Positions 38,540 through 47,247 of a stretch of 64,000 bases of DNA are shown piece after piece. The DNA comes from a virus (Duplodnaviria > Caudoviricetes): positions 198,654 through 262,653 of the IMG/VR virus record IMGVR_UViG_2974670102_000001. One strand, given 5' to 3'. Position numbers and translations under genes: made by a program. The notes under the pieces were generated by a model that was not told where the DNA came from, made no database searches, and saw nothing but the letters and a program-made list of their open reading frames with translations. Position 1 is the stretch's first letter, and each line of letters opens with the position of its first letter.

Positions 38540-38933
38540 TTTCTCTCCTTGCGTTGTAAGTTTCGATCTGCATCAGATGACGACGCACTTCCACCAACGT
38601 CGAGTGAAAGTTGCGGCGCACGCGACTCTGGTTCCCAAGCAGGTAGAAAATCTCGTATCCGGTTTCCCATTCGTAGCTGCCATCCAGTTGCTGAACGCGA
38701 CCGGCCCACGGACGAAAGTGCGGCTTTTCACGAATCTGGGCGGCAGTACGCGGGCACCCGGTCCCCGGATGGCGCACCATCCTGTTGGCTGAGAGCATGG
38801 CGTGCACTCGCCCGATTGCGCCGTCGAGCGTGCGGTGTACGGTGGTGCGCGGACGCTGCTGCATCCCACACGTGCCCCGCACGGTCCATCGACCCTGCTG
38901 AAACTTCATATGCGGCTTCGGGTGGTATCGCAT
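38505..38933 (-). CDS. basic hypothetical protein
   Basis: GGAGG RBS after a promoter. Confidence 0.65.
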   Translation of the reverse strand: MRYHPKPHMKFQQGRWTVRGTCGMQQRPRTTVHRTLDGAIGRVHAMLSANRMVRHPGTGCPRTAAQIREKPHFRPWAGRVQQLDGSYEWETGYEIFYLLGNQSRVRRNFHSTLVEVRRHLMQIETYNARRENERQGNRAVGR

Positions 38934-38959
38934 GTTACCTCCGTTGAATAGATGCCGCC

Positions 38960-38988
38960 ATTCTAGTGACAGCCGATTACGCGGTCAA
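38960..38988 (-). promoter_or_regulatory. sigma70-type promoter
   Basis: TTGACC-17-TAGAAT. Confidence 0.75.
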
Positions 38989-39329
38989 GCGCGAAATTCC
39001 AATGTTGTCCAGTTCCACCCGATACTGGTGAAAAAGTCGTAGATCGACCGATGGCTCTTGCTCTCGACATGCCGCAACGGATTGTCCGGCACGTAGTCCC
39101 AGCCGTCTGCGTACGCGTTCCAGTCACCGATGTCCATGTAGGTCGTGAACTTCCGGAATCCGGGCACCCGGTTCTTCATGTTCTGGCGCACGCGTTCCAC
39201 CTGCGCGCGACGCCAGCCGCTGAGTGCGGTAGCCGCGTGGTAGCGTCCGACTTCCCCGAGCCCAGGGATGCCAATGTCGTGCAACACGTGCGGCTGCGTA
39301 TGCCACTCAAGCACGTAGATTCGATCCAT
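38985..39329 (-). CDS. hypothetical protein
   Basis: AGGAG RBS. Confidence 0.7.
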   Translation of the reverse strand: MDRIYVLEWHTQPHVLHDIGIPGLGEVGRYHAATALSGWRRAQVERVRQNMKNRVPGFRKFTTYMDIGDWNAYADGWDYVPDNPLRHVESKSHRSIYDFFTSIGWNWTTLEFRA

Positions 39330-39337
39330 GTCTCTCC

Positions 39338-39682
39338 TTACCAGTTTTCGATCATCCAGTACACCCACGCCATCCGCGTCTTTCTGAGCAGCGGGTCGGC
39401 GTCGGTGGTCCGGATACGGTGCTGCCACCACAGCCACTCGTCCAGTCCGGAACAGCGGTCGAGTAACCGGGCGACACGGACGATCAGATTGTCGACCGCG
39501 TTGTTGATTTCTCGATCCGTGAACTCTTGGCGTAGGCCACCGGACGCCCGGTAGATGGCGCTGCACACACGGTCAGCCTGCCTGTCTTCGAGCCACATGT
39601 AGGCACGGCACAGGATACGGCGTTGCAAGTCCGTGATGCCAAGCTTTTCCGCGAACTCGATCTTTTGCTGTTCACCACGCAT
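39338..39682 (-). CDS. C-W-RxxW paralog, tandem array member
   Basis: RVCSAI...GLDEWL...TRMAWVYWMIENW. Confidence 0.85.
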   Translation of the reverse strand: MRGEQQKIEFAEKLGITDLQRRILCRAYMWLEDRQADRVCSAIYRASGGLRQEFTDREINNAVDNLIVRVARLLDRCSGLDEWLWWQHRIRTTDADPLLRKTRMAWVYWMIENW

Positions 39683-39996
39683 CACCAGTTCTCCAACATG
39701 AACTGAGTCCACGCGATCCGCGACTCCTGAACCCACTTGTGATTCTGCGAATAGGCTGGGTAGCCGCGCCGTGCCAGCCAGTCCGTGTATGAGATACAGC
39801 AGTCGATTTCGTTGTGGATGCGCCGCGACAAATCGCGCTCGGCCGCAAACAGGGCACGACGCTCGGACGATTTCGGCATCCGTTCCGCAATGATGTCATT
39901 GACTCCGTGCCCGATAGCGCCGCAGATGTACGTGTTGTTCCCGGCGCGCAGGTGGTGGAGAGCACGAACCAACAGTTCTCGATGCAACTCGTTCAT
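39682..39996 (-). CDS. C-W-RxxW paralog, tandem array member
   Basis: YICGAI...SYTDWL...SRIAWTQFMLENW. Confidence 0.85.
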   Translation of the reverse strand: MNELHRELLVRALHHLRAGNNTYICGAIGHGVNDIIAERMPKSSERRALFAAERDLSRRIHNEIDCCISYTDWLARRGYPAYSQNHKWVQESRIAWTQFMLENW

Positions 39997-40373
39997 ACCC
40001 AGTTCTCCAGCATGAAATCCATCCACGCGATGCGCGACTCACGCAGTTTCGCCGTGTCCTGATCATCGATGTGAACCTGACCGGTGTGATACAGCCACGC
40101 CGAATAGCTGCCAACCGGACTCAGGGCCGCGTGGATACGCGTGGTCAGCCGGTCTGTTGCCTCAGCCAGATACCGGAACTGATCGCGGCGTTCGCGCTCC
40201 GTGATCATGCCCGTCCGCTGCATTTGGCGGACACTGCGCATACATTCCTCACGTGCCTCGAACAGTGCAAAGCAGATCATGGAGTTACGGCCGTCGACCA
40301 TGCGATCACGTGCGACGCGTAGCACACAGCGTGCCGTGTATCGGATTTTTGCGTTGTTGAATTCTTCGGTCAT
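39993..40373 (-). CDS. C-W-RxxW paralog, tandem array member
   Basis: MICFAL...SYSAWL...SRIAWMDFMLENWV. Confidence 0.85.
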   Translation of the reverse strand: MTEEFNNAKIRYTARCVLRVARDRMVDGRNSMICFALFEAREECMRSVRQMQRTGMITERERRDQFRYLAEATDRLTTRIHAALSPVGSYSAWLYHTGQVHIDDQDTAKLRESRIAWMDFMLENWV

Positions 40374-40411
40374 ACCCAGTTCTCCAGCATGAAATCCATC
40401 CACGCGATGCG
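39993..40411. repeat. 42-bp perfect direct repeat at gene junctions (39993-40034 = 40370-40411; first 24 bp also at 40771-40794)
   Basis: TCATACCCAGTTCTCCAGCATGAAATCCATCCACGCGATGCG. Confidence 0.92.
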
Positions 40412-40774
40412 GGTGGCGCGTCGGGCCTCTACGCTACTGTGGCCCGTCCCGTACGGAATGCCGTGCCGCATTTGCAGCCACGAGTCTAAGGAACTTGCGC
40501 CCCCAAGCTCCTGACGAATGCGAGTCGCCAGTTTCTTGTGTGCGAGCCCGATGTATTCGAGCGCCGCAGCCCCATCTTCCACCGTGATCGTGTCCGCGTT
40601 CACCTTCTGCTCGACGATAGTGCTGTGTTCCTCAGCCACGTTTGCGAGGGCAAAACAAATCATGCTGCTCTGCTTTCGCACGATGCGGAGCCGCGCGCAC
40701 ACCAAGAGCAAACGTGCGTAGTTCTTAACGGCGTGAGCCTCTACAATATCGTCGACTTCTTGTGTTTCGCTCAT
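40370..40774 (-). CDS. C-W-RxxW paralog, tandem array member
   Basis: MICFAL...SLDSWL...TRIAWMDFMLENWV. Confidence 0.85.
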   Translation of the reverse strand: MSETQEVDDIVEAHAVKNYARLLLVCARLRIVRKQSSMICFALANVAEEHSTIVEQKVNADTITVEDGAAALEYIGLAHKKLATRIRQELGGASSLDSWLQMRHGIPYGTGHSSVEARRATRIAWMDFMLENWV

Positions 40775-41154
40775 ACCCAGTTCTCCAGCATGAAGTTGAT
40801 CCACGCTAAACGCGTGACCCGCAGCGGCTCCCGGAGTTCTCGGGCCTTGAGTCTGCGCGGCAGGCATCCCTTGTTCAGAATCCACGACGTAAGCGACGTG
40901 TAGCCCTGCAACTCGGTGATGATACGATGTTGCAGAGCATCACGGGCTGCGTTCATAACGTCGATCACGTGGTTGCACTCGGTGGCTGTCAGGCATCCGC
41001 GCAGTAGCGCGTCCTTGGCCGCCGACACGTGGTTGTCCTTTACGACCGAGATTGCGACACAGATGTACTGCGACCGGCCTTCCTCGAATCGTTCACGTGC
41101 ACCTTGCAACAGTGTCCGAGCCGCTGACCGAATTTCGTCATGCGTGGGCGTCAT
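40771..41154 (-). CDS. C-W-RxxW paralog, tandem array member
   Basis: YICVAI...SLTSWI...TRLAWINFMLENWV. Confidence 0.85.
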   Translation of the reverse strand: MTPTHDEIRSAARTLLQGARERFEEGRSQYICVAISVVKDNHVSAAKDALLRGCLTATECNHVIDVMNAARDALQHRIITELQGYTSLTSWILNKGCLPRRLKARELREPLRVTRLAWINFMLENWV

Positions 41155-41486
41155 GCGGCCTCCACCTGCTCGATCATCCACTGGACCCATACGATGCGGG
41201 TCTCGCGGATTCCCTTCAGGTCGTAGTACGGATCGTTGCTGTTACGCAGTTGCCGGGACGACCAGCCGTTGAGCGTAGTGTACGGGTAGATCAGGATATT
41301 GATCCACGCACCCAGATCACGCCGGGCACACACGAGATCGTTCAGCGTGTAGTTCTGGTTCGGGAGCAGGAGATTCAGGTACTTGTAGGCGCGATCCAGT
41401 GCGTTGCACAGGAACTCTTCATCCTTGTTGCGGATATAGCCCTTCGCCAATTGCAGCAGCCGGATTTTCAGCGCTTTGTGTTGCAT
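41151..41486 (-). CDS. C-W-RxxW paralog, tandem array member
   Basis: FLCNAL...TLNGWS...TRIVWVQWMIEQ. Confidence 0.85.
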   Translation of the reverse strand: MQHKALKIRLLQLAKGYIRNKDEEFLCNALDRAYKYLNLLLPNQNYTLNDLVCARRDLGAWINILIYPYTTLNGWSSRQLRNSNDPYYDLKGIRETRIVWVQWMIEQVEAA

Positions 41487-41500
41487 GGTCACCTCCAAAA

Positions 41501-41552
41501 GAAAACGAGTTGCAAGAATACAGCGCGGGCCGTACCTTGTCAACTCGTTTTC
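41501..41552 (-). promoter_or_regulatory. sigma70 promoter enclosed by a 12-bp inverted repeat
   Basis: TTGACA(41543-41538)-17-TATTCT; arms GAAAACGAGTTG/CAACTCGTTTTC. Confidence 0.8.
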
Positions 41553-41553
41553 A

Positions 41554-41868
41554 TCACTTCCAGTTATCCAGCATCCACTGAATCCACGCGATCCGCGTTT
41601 CTTGTGTGAGCGCTGCCGGAAGGTAGCGCTGGTTGTAGCCGGTTTCCTTCTCGATGTACGATTCCAGTGTCCACCGGAAACCCATCTGATCGCGCTCGGC
41701 ACCCATGGCCGCAGCCAGAATTCCATACACGTGCTCGCGCAGGTCCTCGGCGGTATCGACCATGTTGCGCTCACGCCCGATCTTGGAGATCAGGCAGCAC
41801 ACGAAGTCGTCACCACGCAGCAGCCGTCGCTGTACCTCTTCCAGAATCTGGCGGTATTCAGCCTTCAT
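41554..41868 (-). CDS. C-W-RxxW paralog, tandem array member
   Basis: FVCCLI...TLESYI...TRIAWIQWMLDNWK. Confidence 0.85.
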   Translation of the reverse strand: MKAEYRQILEEVQRRLLRGDDFVCCLISKIGRERNMVDTAEDLREHVYGILAAAMGAERDQMGFRWTLESYIEKETGYNQRYLPAALTQETRIAWIQWMLDNWK

Positions 41869-42094
41869 GCGGCTGCTCCGGGTGCTTGAGGCGACCACGC
41901 GGTTCTTCGTCGTTTTCCGCGCGCTCGACACCGACCGTGTAATTCGCAGTCGAGGCCGTTACGGTGGCCAGCACCGCAGTGAGTTCGACCGGCGTCAGCC
42001 CGTGCTTGGAGGCGAGGCCCTGCATGAACGTGTACAGTTCTGAGGTTGCGAGTGCGACACCCCAATGTCGCTCGTGAATCGGCATCAGTCCCAT
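41858..42094 (-). CDS. unrelated small protein inserted in the array
   Basis: TAATG overlap; lacks the family motifs. Confidence 0.6.
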   Translation of the reverse strand: MGLMPIHERHWGVALATSELYTFMQGLASKHGLTPVELTAVLATVTASTANYTVGVERAENDEEPRGRLKHPEQPHEG

Positions 42095-42402
42095 TATGCC
42101 CAGTTCTCCATCATGTAGGTGAGCCACTGGACACGCGTTTCCTTCATGTCACGCTTGTCCAGACGCTGGTGACCAGTGCACAGGCGCACGAAGTCGTCGA
42201 GGACAACCGGCTGATCTTCCGGGGTCCGTGTGCAGTTACGCAGAATCTGCGTCACGTGCGTGCGCAGCACCTCAGCCGCGTCCGGTGCGTTCAGGTGGTT
42301 GCCAGCGATACGGATTGCCGTACACACGAGCATCACACTGTCCGTCTCGATCAGATCGCGCGCCTTTTCCAGAATGCGGTAGTAGGTGTCACGCATCTGC
42401 AT
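42094..42402 (-). CDS. C-W-RxxW paralog, tandem array member
   Basis: LVCTAI...VLDDFV...TRVQWLTYMMENWA. Confidence 0.85.
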   Translation of the reverse strand: MQMRDTYYRILEKARDLIETDSVMLVCTAIRIAGNHLNAPDAAEVLRTHVTQILRNCTRTPEDQPVVLDDFVRLCTGHQRLDKRDMKETRVQWLTYMMENWA

Positions 42403-42853
42403 CTTTCCCCTTCTGCTCTTGTTCCTCGGCCGCGATGCGCGCCAATTCGCGGGTGAAATCGATATCCTGCTCCACCATCCACCGGGCCCAAATGGCACGC
42501 GTCTTCTGGAGGTCTTCGAACACAAGTCCCGCTGCCTCGTACCCGTGGACGCGGTGAAGCCATGCTTCGAGCGTGTCCCCATCACCCAGCACCTTACTGA
42601 TGTACCACACAATCTCGCTGGCTTCTGCGCTGATGGTGGTGCCCTCGATTTCCAGTGCGTTGAAGAACGAACCGGGACCATTCACCGTGTCACGCCCGGA
42701 CTGCTCGCGATTAATCTGGACAGCCGCAGCCTCGATTGCGTGGCATAGGAACGAGTGAACGTTCCCGCTATGCGAATTCTGGCCCGGGCCATTTTCGAGC
42801 ACCAGTTGCGCTGCACGCAGCAGAAGTTGCTTTTGGATTTCTTTCATTGTCAT
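42389..42853 (-). CDS. C-W-RxxW paralog, tandem array member
   Basis: FLCHAI...TLEAWL...TRAIWARWMVEQ. Confidence 0.85.
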   Translation of the reverse strand: MTMKEIQKQLLLRAAQLVLENGPGQNSHSGNVHSFLCHAIEAAAVQINREQSGRDTVNGPGSFFNALEIEGTTISAEASEIVWYISKVLGDGDTLEAWLHRVHGYEAAGLVFEDLQKTRAIWARWMVEQDIDFTRELARIAAEEQEQKGKDADA

Positions 42854-43206
42854 TCTCCCATCATGTGACGGAGCCACGCGAGGCGGCCAAGCTTTGTTAG
42901 TTCAGCGCACGCCGTGCCCGGGGTCAGCCCCATAGCGTCCTCGACCCAGCCTTCGTAGGTCATGAAGCCCTTGATTTGGGCCTGTACGAACTCCACTAGT
43001 TCGGCTGCTGCCTGAACGTATTCGCGCTGCTCCTTCGTTTCCAAGCGCCGCCCATGCAGGCCGTCGAAGTAGCCGGTGCTCAAGCCCGTCATGATGTTGC
43101 CAGCGCCCTCGATTGCGTGGCATAGGAAGTGGTGCTGATCGTAGCGCGCGGACTCGATCACCAGTTGGTGCGCGAGTGCCAGAATCTCGTATTTCTTGCT
43201 CTTCAT
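42850..43206 (-). CDS. C-W-RxxW paralog, tandem array member
   Basis: FLCHAI...TYEGWV...GRLAWLRHMMGE. Confidence 0.85.
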   Translation of the reverse strand: MKSKKYEILALAHQLVIESARYDQHHFLCHAIEGAGNIMTGLSTGYFDGLHGRRLETKEQREYVQAAAELVEFVQAQIKGFMTYEGWVEDAMGLTPGTACAELTKLGRLAWLRHMMGE

Positions 43207-43556
43207 TGCCAGTTGTTCTCCATCATCCACGTGATCCACGCAAGGCGCGTTGCCCGCATCTTCACTTGTTGTTCAGGGGCCGCCATGCTGGCCAGCGTCA
43301 GTTCCGGATGCCCGTTTTCGCGCAGCCACACTTCGAGCGTGTGAGCGCGTGAGCCATCCTTCAACTCCAGCAGGTTACCGATGTGGTAGTCGATATCCAA
43401 CTCTGCGATATGATACGCTTCTTGCTCTTGCGCCGTCAAATCAGCCGTGAGTTGGGTGACTGCCCACTGAACGGCGCTGCACACGAATTCCTCGTTGCGC
43501 GCCTGAATCAGGTCCCATGCGGCACGCAGGATTTCCCGGTGAATGTTCTTCTGCAT
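43203..43556 (-). CDS. C-W-RxxW paralog, tandem array member
   Basis: FVCSAV...TLEVWL...TRLAWITWMMENNW. Confidence 0.85.
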   Translation of the reverse strand: MQKNIHREILRAAWDLIQARNEEFVCSAVQWAVTQLTADLTAQEQEAYHIAELDIDYHIGNLLELKDGSRAHTLEVWLRENGHPELTLASMAAPEQQVKMRATRLAWITWMMENNWQ

Positions 43557-43933
43557 CACCAGTTCTCCAGCATGTGCCGTACCCACGCGATGCGAACTTC
43601 ACGCGTTCGCACGATGTGCTCGACTTTCGTCACCAGATCGTAGAGCGGAATGCCCAGCTTCTTTTCCAGATAGCTGTCGATGGTGCAGGAACCCGGAACC
43701 TCGCGGTCGAGAGCCGCGTTGATCGAGTTGTAGAGGGAGCGCGAGGCCACGCGCATTTCCTGCGAGCGCGCAGTCGGCCAACGCCACATGGCACGGTGGT
43801 TGACGGAATCGCCGCCCAGCGCGCTACCCGCGCTGGCCACATGGCCGCAGATCAGGGTTCGCTGGTCGACCGGTGTTGCGATAAGCCTTTCGAGTACCAC
43901 TTCGAGGATTTCACGTTCTTGCGATGTCAGCAT
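43556..43933 (-). CDS. C-W-RxxW paralog, tandem array member
   Basis: LICGHV...TIDSYL...VRIAWVRHMLENW. Confidence 0.85.
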   Translation of the reverse strand: MLTSQEREILEVVLERLIATPVDQRTLICGHVASAGSALGGDSVNHRAMWRWPTARSQEMRVASRSLYNSINAALDREVPGSCTIDSYLEKKLGIPLYDLVTKVEHIVRTREVRIAWVRHMLENW

Positions 43934-43936
43934 CCA

Positions 43937-44263
43937 TTAACTCCAGTTGTCGAGCATCCACGTGATCCACGCGATGCGGGTTTCTCTCAGTGCCTGCTCC
44001 TGCGCACGCTGCTCCGTGTACGACAGATTCCACGGATCGTTCCGGATATGGCCGTGCTTCACGAGCCACGTGTTGAGCGAATGGGAGCCCTCCAGCAGCG
44101 TCGCGATCCGGGCCTTGATGGATTCTGCGGCATGTTTAGCGACTGCCGTACCCTCGGCCTTCGCGTACCGGTCGACGGCGACGCAGATGTACGTGTACCG
44201 CTTGCACGCGATGTCGGCTCGCGCCCATAGTAGCAGGTCGATTTCCTTGCTAGTCAGCTTCAT
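43937..44263 (-). CDS. C-W-RxxW paralog, tandem array member
   Basis: YICVAV...SLNTWL...TRIAWITWMLDNWS. Confidence 0.85.
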   Translation of the reverse strand: MKLTSKEIDLLLWARADIACKRYTYICVAVDRYAKAEGTAVAKHAAESIKARIATLLEGSHSLNTWLVKHGHIRNDPWNLSYTEQRAQEQALRETRIAWITWMLDNWS

Positions 44264-44411
44264 GGCCAGCCACCTCCACGTGAGCCACGCATTTCAGGCC
44301 CGTAGTGTATTCGATGAATGCCGCGCACTCCCAGTGCTTTTCGGCCGCACGGTCTGCGGCACCTGCGAGCGCCGCGAGAAGCAGAATCGCACCCAGAACC
44401 ATCTGTTTCAT
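44250..44411 (-). CDS. small exported protein (not in ORF track)
   Basis: GGAGG RBS; MKQMVLGAILLLAALAGAA signal. Confidence 0.6.
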   Translation of the reverse strand: MKQMVLGAILLLAALAGAADRAAEKHWECAAFIEYTTGLKCVAHVEVAGHEAD

Positions 44412-44453
44412 GGAAACCTCCCCGATGTCTAAAGCGCTACTTTACACGCCCGG

Positions 44454-44915
44454 CTACCGTAGCGCAACAGAAATATCATGCTTTTTGTACGCGGCCTCGA
44501 TAACCACATCCGCGCTCAGCCAGTTGGCGGCGGCCACACGCTTCATCGCCTTCACCCACTCGCGACGGAATGTCACGGAATCGGCACCGAACGAGGCCAG
44601 CGCGTCGTGCTCGAATTGCATGGAACTGAGCATTTGACGATGCGGCTGAAGTTGGGCCTGCCATTCGGAGAACGCAGGGTTCTGGTATTCGGTCAGGAGA
44701 ATCGCGTCGATGCGATTGCCCTCCAGTGATCGGTCGTACAGGTCGTCCGGGATCGCGTGGCCGACCACGCACTTACAGCCGTTGTCACCACGATACATGC
44801 AACCCCAGCCTCCGTCCATCTTCGTGATGGTGGAAGGGCGGCCCTGCTCCAGAATAGCGAGTGCGAGGTGGTCAAACAGGATTTGTCGCGCGTCTCGGAT
44901 GTCGTCGTAGCTCAT
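44454..44915 (-). CDS. hypothetical protein with CxYR..GxKCxVG..IPD..HD motif
   Basis: Putative metal-binding C/C/H pattern. Confidence 0.7.
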   Translation of the reverse strand: MSYDDIRDARQILFDHLALAILEQGRPSTITKMDGGWGCMYRGDNGCKCVVGHAIPDDLYDRSLEGNRIDAILLTEYQNPAFSEWQAQLQPHRQMLSSMQFEHDALASFGADSVTFRREWVKAMKRVAAANWLSADVVIEAAYKKHDISVALR

Positions 44916-45733
44916 CAGAATTCCTCGTCGTTGGGGATGGGTTTCACACGCGAGAAGAACATCAGTTCCTTCAGGCATTCCATGCGCGTCGTGTACGCCC
45001 GCGTCTCGTGGTCGGCATCGCCATCGTCACCGTCGGGCCACAGCGCTGCCGCGATCTTCTTGTCGCCCGTGGCTGCGAACGAGATACGTTTGCAGTTTGC
45101 GGCAAACCAGTCAACCACTTGGTAGGCCGAGTACTGAGGAATCTTGCCCTCTTTCTTCACACGGTTTGCCAGTGCCTCGATGGCGCGCACGTACGTCGGA
45201 CCCATGGCTTCGAGGCCCACGATACCGTCCCAGCGCACGACCACCGCGTCAGATGCCGAGGTCACGACACGGATACGCTGGGCCTGAGTGTTCAGGAACT
45301 GGAGCAGCGTCGCGATGGACATGCTTTCGGTGAAACCTGTGGCCTCCTTGGCAATCTTCATGCCTTTGGCCTTGCGTTGCGACACACCCTCGTCGGCACT
45401 CACGTACACGTTGACGACGCCATTGCCGACGTAGGTCGCGGTATCACCGAAAACTCTTTGATCGTGGCTCGTGGCCTTGGTCCGAAGTTCGGGAATCGAT
45501 TGGAAAGTGCAGTGCTCGAACGCGCGACGGCCGTCCGAGAACAGCGCGTGCACCCGCACCACGTGCGGAGTCAGGTATACCGTCTTGTACTTCTTGTTGC
45601 TGAACGTGTGATTCATCGTGGGCCAACGACGTCGCGCGTCAGCCAGAGCATCAGCTTCTGTTTCGTAGTTCAACGCCATATCGTTCAGCGTATCGTGGTT
45701 CATGATCTTCCATTGTTTGGGCAACGCCGCCAT
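44915..45733 (-). CDS. hypothetical protein
   Basis: AGGAGG RBS after a promoter. Confidence 0.75.
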   Translation of the reverse strand: MAALPKQWKIMNHDTLNDMALNYETEADALADARRRWPTMNHTFSNKKYKTVYLTPHVVRVHALFSDGRRAFEHCTFQSIPELRTKATSHDQRVFGDTATYVGNGVVNVYVSADEGVSQRKAKGMKIAKEATGFTESMSIATLLQFLNTQAQRIRVVTSASDAVVVRWDGIVGLEAMGPTYVRAIEALANRVKKEGKIPQYSAYQVVDWFAANCKRISFAATGDKKIAAALWPDGDDGDADHETRAYTTRMECLKELMFFSRVKPIPNDEEF

Positions 45734-45750
45734 GCTCTGCTTCCTCCTTG

Positions 45751-45795
45751 TTAATCGATGGGCCGGATTCTACTGCACGTTCAACGCCGTGTCAA
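45751..45795 (-). promoter_or_regulatory. sigma70 promoter with ATCGATTAA leader
   Basis: TTGACA-17-TAGAAT-7-ATCGATTAA. Confidence 0.8.
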
Positions 45796-46118
45796 CGCCG
45801 TTCGATGATCATGTACTGGGTGCCGCGCACGTCCGGGTTGGTGCGCAGACGGCGCGTCAGCCCCGGCCACCGGTTATCCGCATCGTCTTCCGATTCCGTG
45901 TGGTACAGGTAGAACCGACGCCACTGATGCTCCGAGGTCTCCATGTCGATCTCCAGCACGTCCACGTAGTCTTCGCCCCGGCCGGTCTCCGCCAAATCGA
46001 GACGCTTCAGAATTTGGTCTTCCGACAGCGGCTGTCCCGACAGCACTTCATCCACGTAATCGTTGTGGGCACCGCTCGGATAATACTGATGGTGTGCAAA
46101 AATCATGGTCTTCAGCAT
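45792..46118 (-). CDS. acidic hypothetical protein
   Basis: GGAG RBS. Confidence 0.7.
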   Translation of the reverse strand: MLKTMIFAHHQYYPSGAHNDYVDEVLSGQPLSEDQILKRLDLAETGRGEDYVDVLEIDMETSEHQWRRFYLYHTESEDDADNRWPGLTRRLRTNPDVRGTQYMIIERR

Positions 46119-46137
46119 TTTCTCTCCATAAACAAAA

Positions 46138-46179
46138 ACAGGGGAACCACATTGTATGGTTCCCCTGTCTGGGTGTCAA
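46138..46179 (-). promoter_or_regulatory. sigma70 promoter with the -10 in the loop of a 12-bp hairpin
   Basis: TTGACA-17-TACAAT; ACAGGGGAACCA/TGGTTCCCCTGT. Confidence 0.85.
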
Positions 46180-46499
46180 TAATTCAGCCGTTCGTCTTCT
46201 TTGGCCCAGCCCGCGAGTACCGCGTCTGCCGCCTCGTCGCAATCTGCTCCGTGCAGTGCGCGCGTCACCGGGACCGCGCCTTCTTCCGACAGGTACAGGC
46301 ACGCGAACACCGAACCGCTCTTGATCGGCAGCGGATGGCTGATGGCCTCGTAACGTGCGGCGGCCAGTGCATTGTTCTCGATCTCGGTGCGCAGGTCACG
46401 AAAGCGCTGCCGCAACGCGTCGTCTGCGCCCGTATCACGCTTGAGCACGATTTCGATGTAGTTCAACAGTGCCACGTCTTGCTTGCTCAGCACGGTCAT
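46176..46499 (-). CDS. hypothetical protein
   Basis: AGGAG RBS. Confidence 0.7.
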   Translation of the reverse strand: MTVLSKQDVALLNYIEIVLKRDTGADDALRQRFRDLRTEIENNALAAARYEAISHPLPIKSGSVFACLYLSEEGAVPVTRALHGADCDEAADAVLAGWAKEDERLNY

Positions 46500-46711
46500 G
46501 TGTTCTCCTTCAGGGGTTGTGGAAGTTCGTCGTAATACTGATGGGCACACAGCCAGTCGTAGATGAGGGGTGCCGCTTTGAGGTCGTCTGCGTAGAACAG
46601 TTCGGGCCATGACCCCTTGATGTAGAGGTTGCAGAACCGCTGTCCCATGCGCAGGCCATCGTTGAGCCGCTTGTGCTCACTCACAAACTGCATGTGTGCC
46701 GCATTGATCAC
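46496..46711 (-). CDS. hypothetical protein
   Basis: LRMGQRFCN..ELFY; AGGAG RBS. Confidence 0.7.
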   Translation of the reverse strand: MINAAHMQFVSEHKRLNDGLRMGQRFCNLYIKGSWPELFYADDLKAAPLIYDWLCAHQYYDELPQPLKENT

Positions 46712-46720
46712 GATGATCTC

Positions 46721-46909
46721 CTATTTGATGACCAGATGGAAGAAGAAGTACAGGACACATGGAATCCCGATACCGACAACGATACCGGTGGCCGTCGCAT
46801 TGTCCTCTGCGTCGTGGAACACACCACGCACCTTCATGAACGTGAGCATCAGGATCATGACGGCGCAGCACGCTGCTACCAAGAACAGAATGGTATCGTC
46901 TGCGCTCAT
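46721..46909 (-). CDS. small 2-TM membrane protein
   Basis: Two hydrophobic segments. Confidence 0.65.
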   Translation of the reverse strand: MSADDTILFLVAACCAVMILMLTFMKVRGVFHDAEDNATATGIVVGIGIPCVLYFFFHLVIK

Positions 46910-46911
46910 GA

Positions 46912-47247
46912 TTACCCCCGGGCCCGGATGTAGGCCATCGCCTTGTCGAACGCCTCTTCGAACTCGCGCTCCGTACTCGCGTACTCGCCGCTGCCCCAGA
47001 AGTATTCGAGGCCGCCTTCGTGTTCGATGCTCAGGCACGTGGGCTTGACCGACACCGAATACTGCGCGTAGTCGCCCATGCCATAGGTGAAGCGCACTTC
47101 GACTGTGCGGTCCGCGTCGACGCGCTGGTAGATGCGATGGACAATGGCACCGTCACCCTCGTCCTCGTCGTCACGGCGATAGATGGGGACCTCGATGTTG
47201 ACGTGGACCTTGCGTTGCTGTCGGTAGTACAGAATGTGTTCCATCAT
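46912..47247 (-). CDS. hypothetical protein
   Basis: AGGAGG RBS. Confidence 0.7.
   Translation of the reverse strand: MMEHILYYRQQRKVHVNIEVPIYRRDDEDEGDGAIVHRIYQRVDADRTVEVRFTYGMGDYAQYSVSVKPTCLSIEHEGGLEYFWGSGEYASTEREFEEAFDKAMAYIRARG

Noticed and set aside
39993-40794. 42/24-bp direct repeats as a CRISPR array
   Set aside because: Spacing is about 380-400 bp of intact coding sequence, the repeats are in-frame gene ends, and there are no cas genes.
39338-44263. Array as a DGR or integron
   Set aside because: No reverse transcriptase, no adenine-specific TR/VR pair, no attC-like palindromes and no tyrosine integrase in the window.
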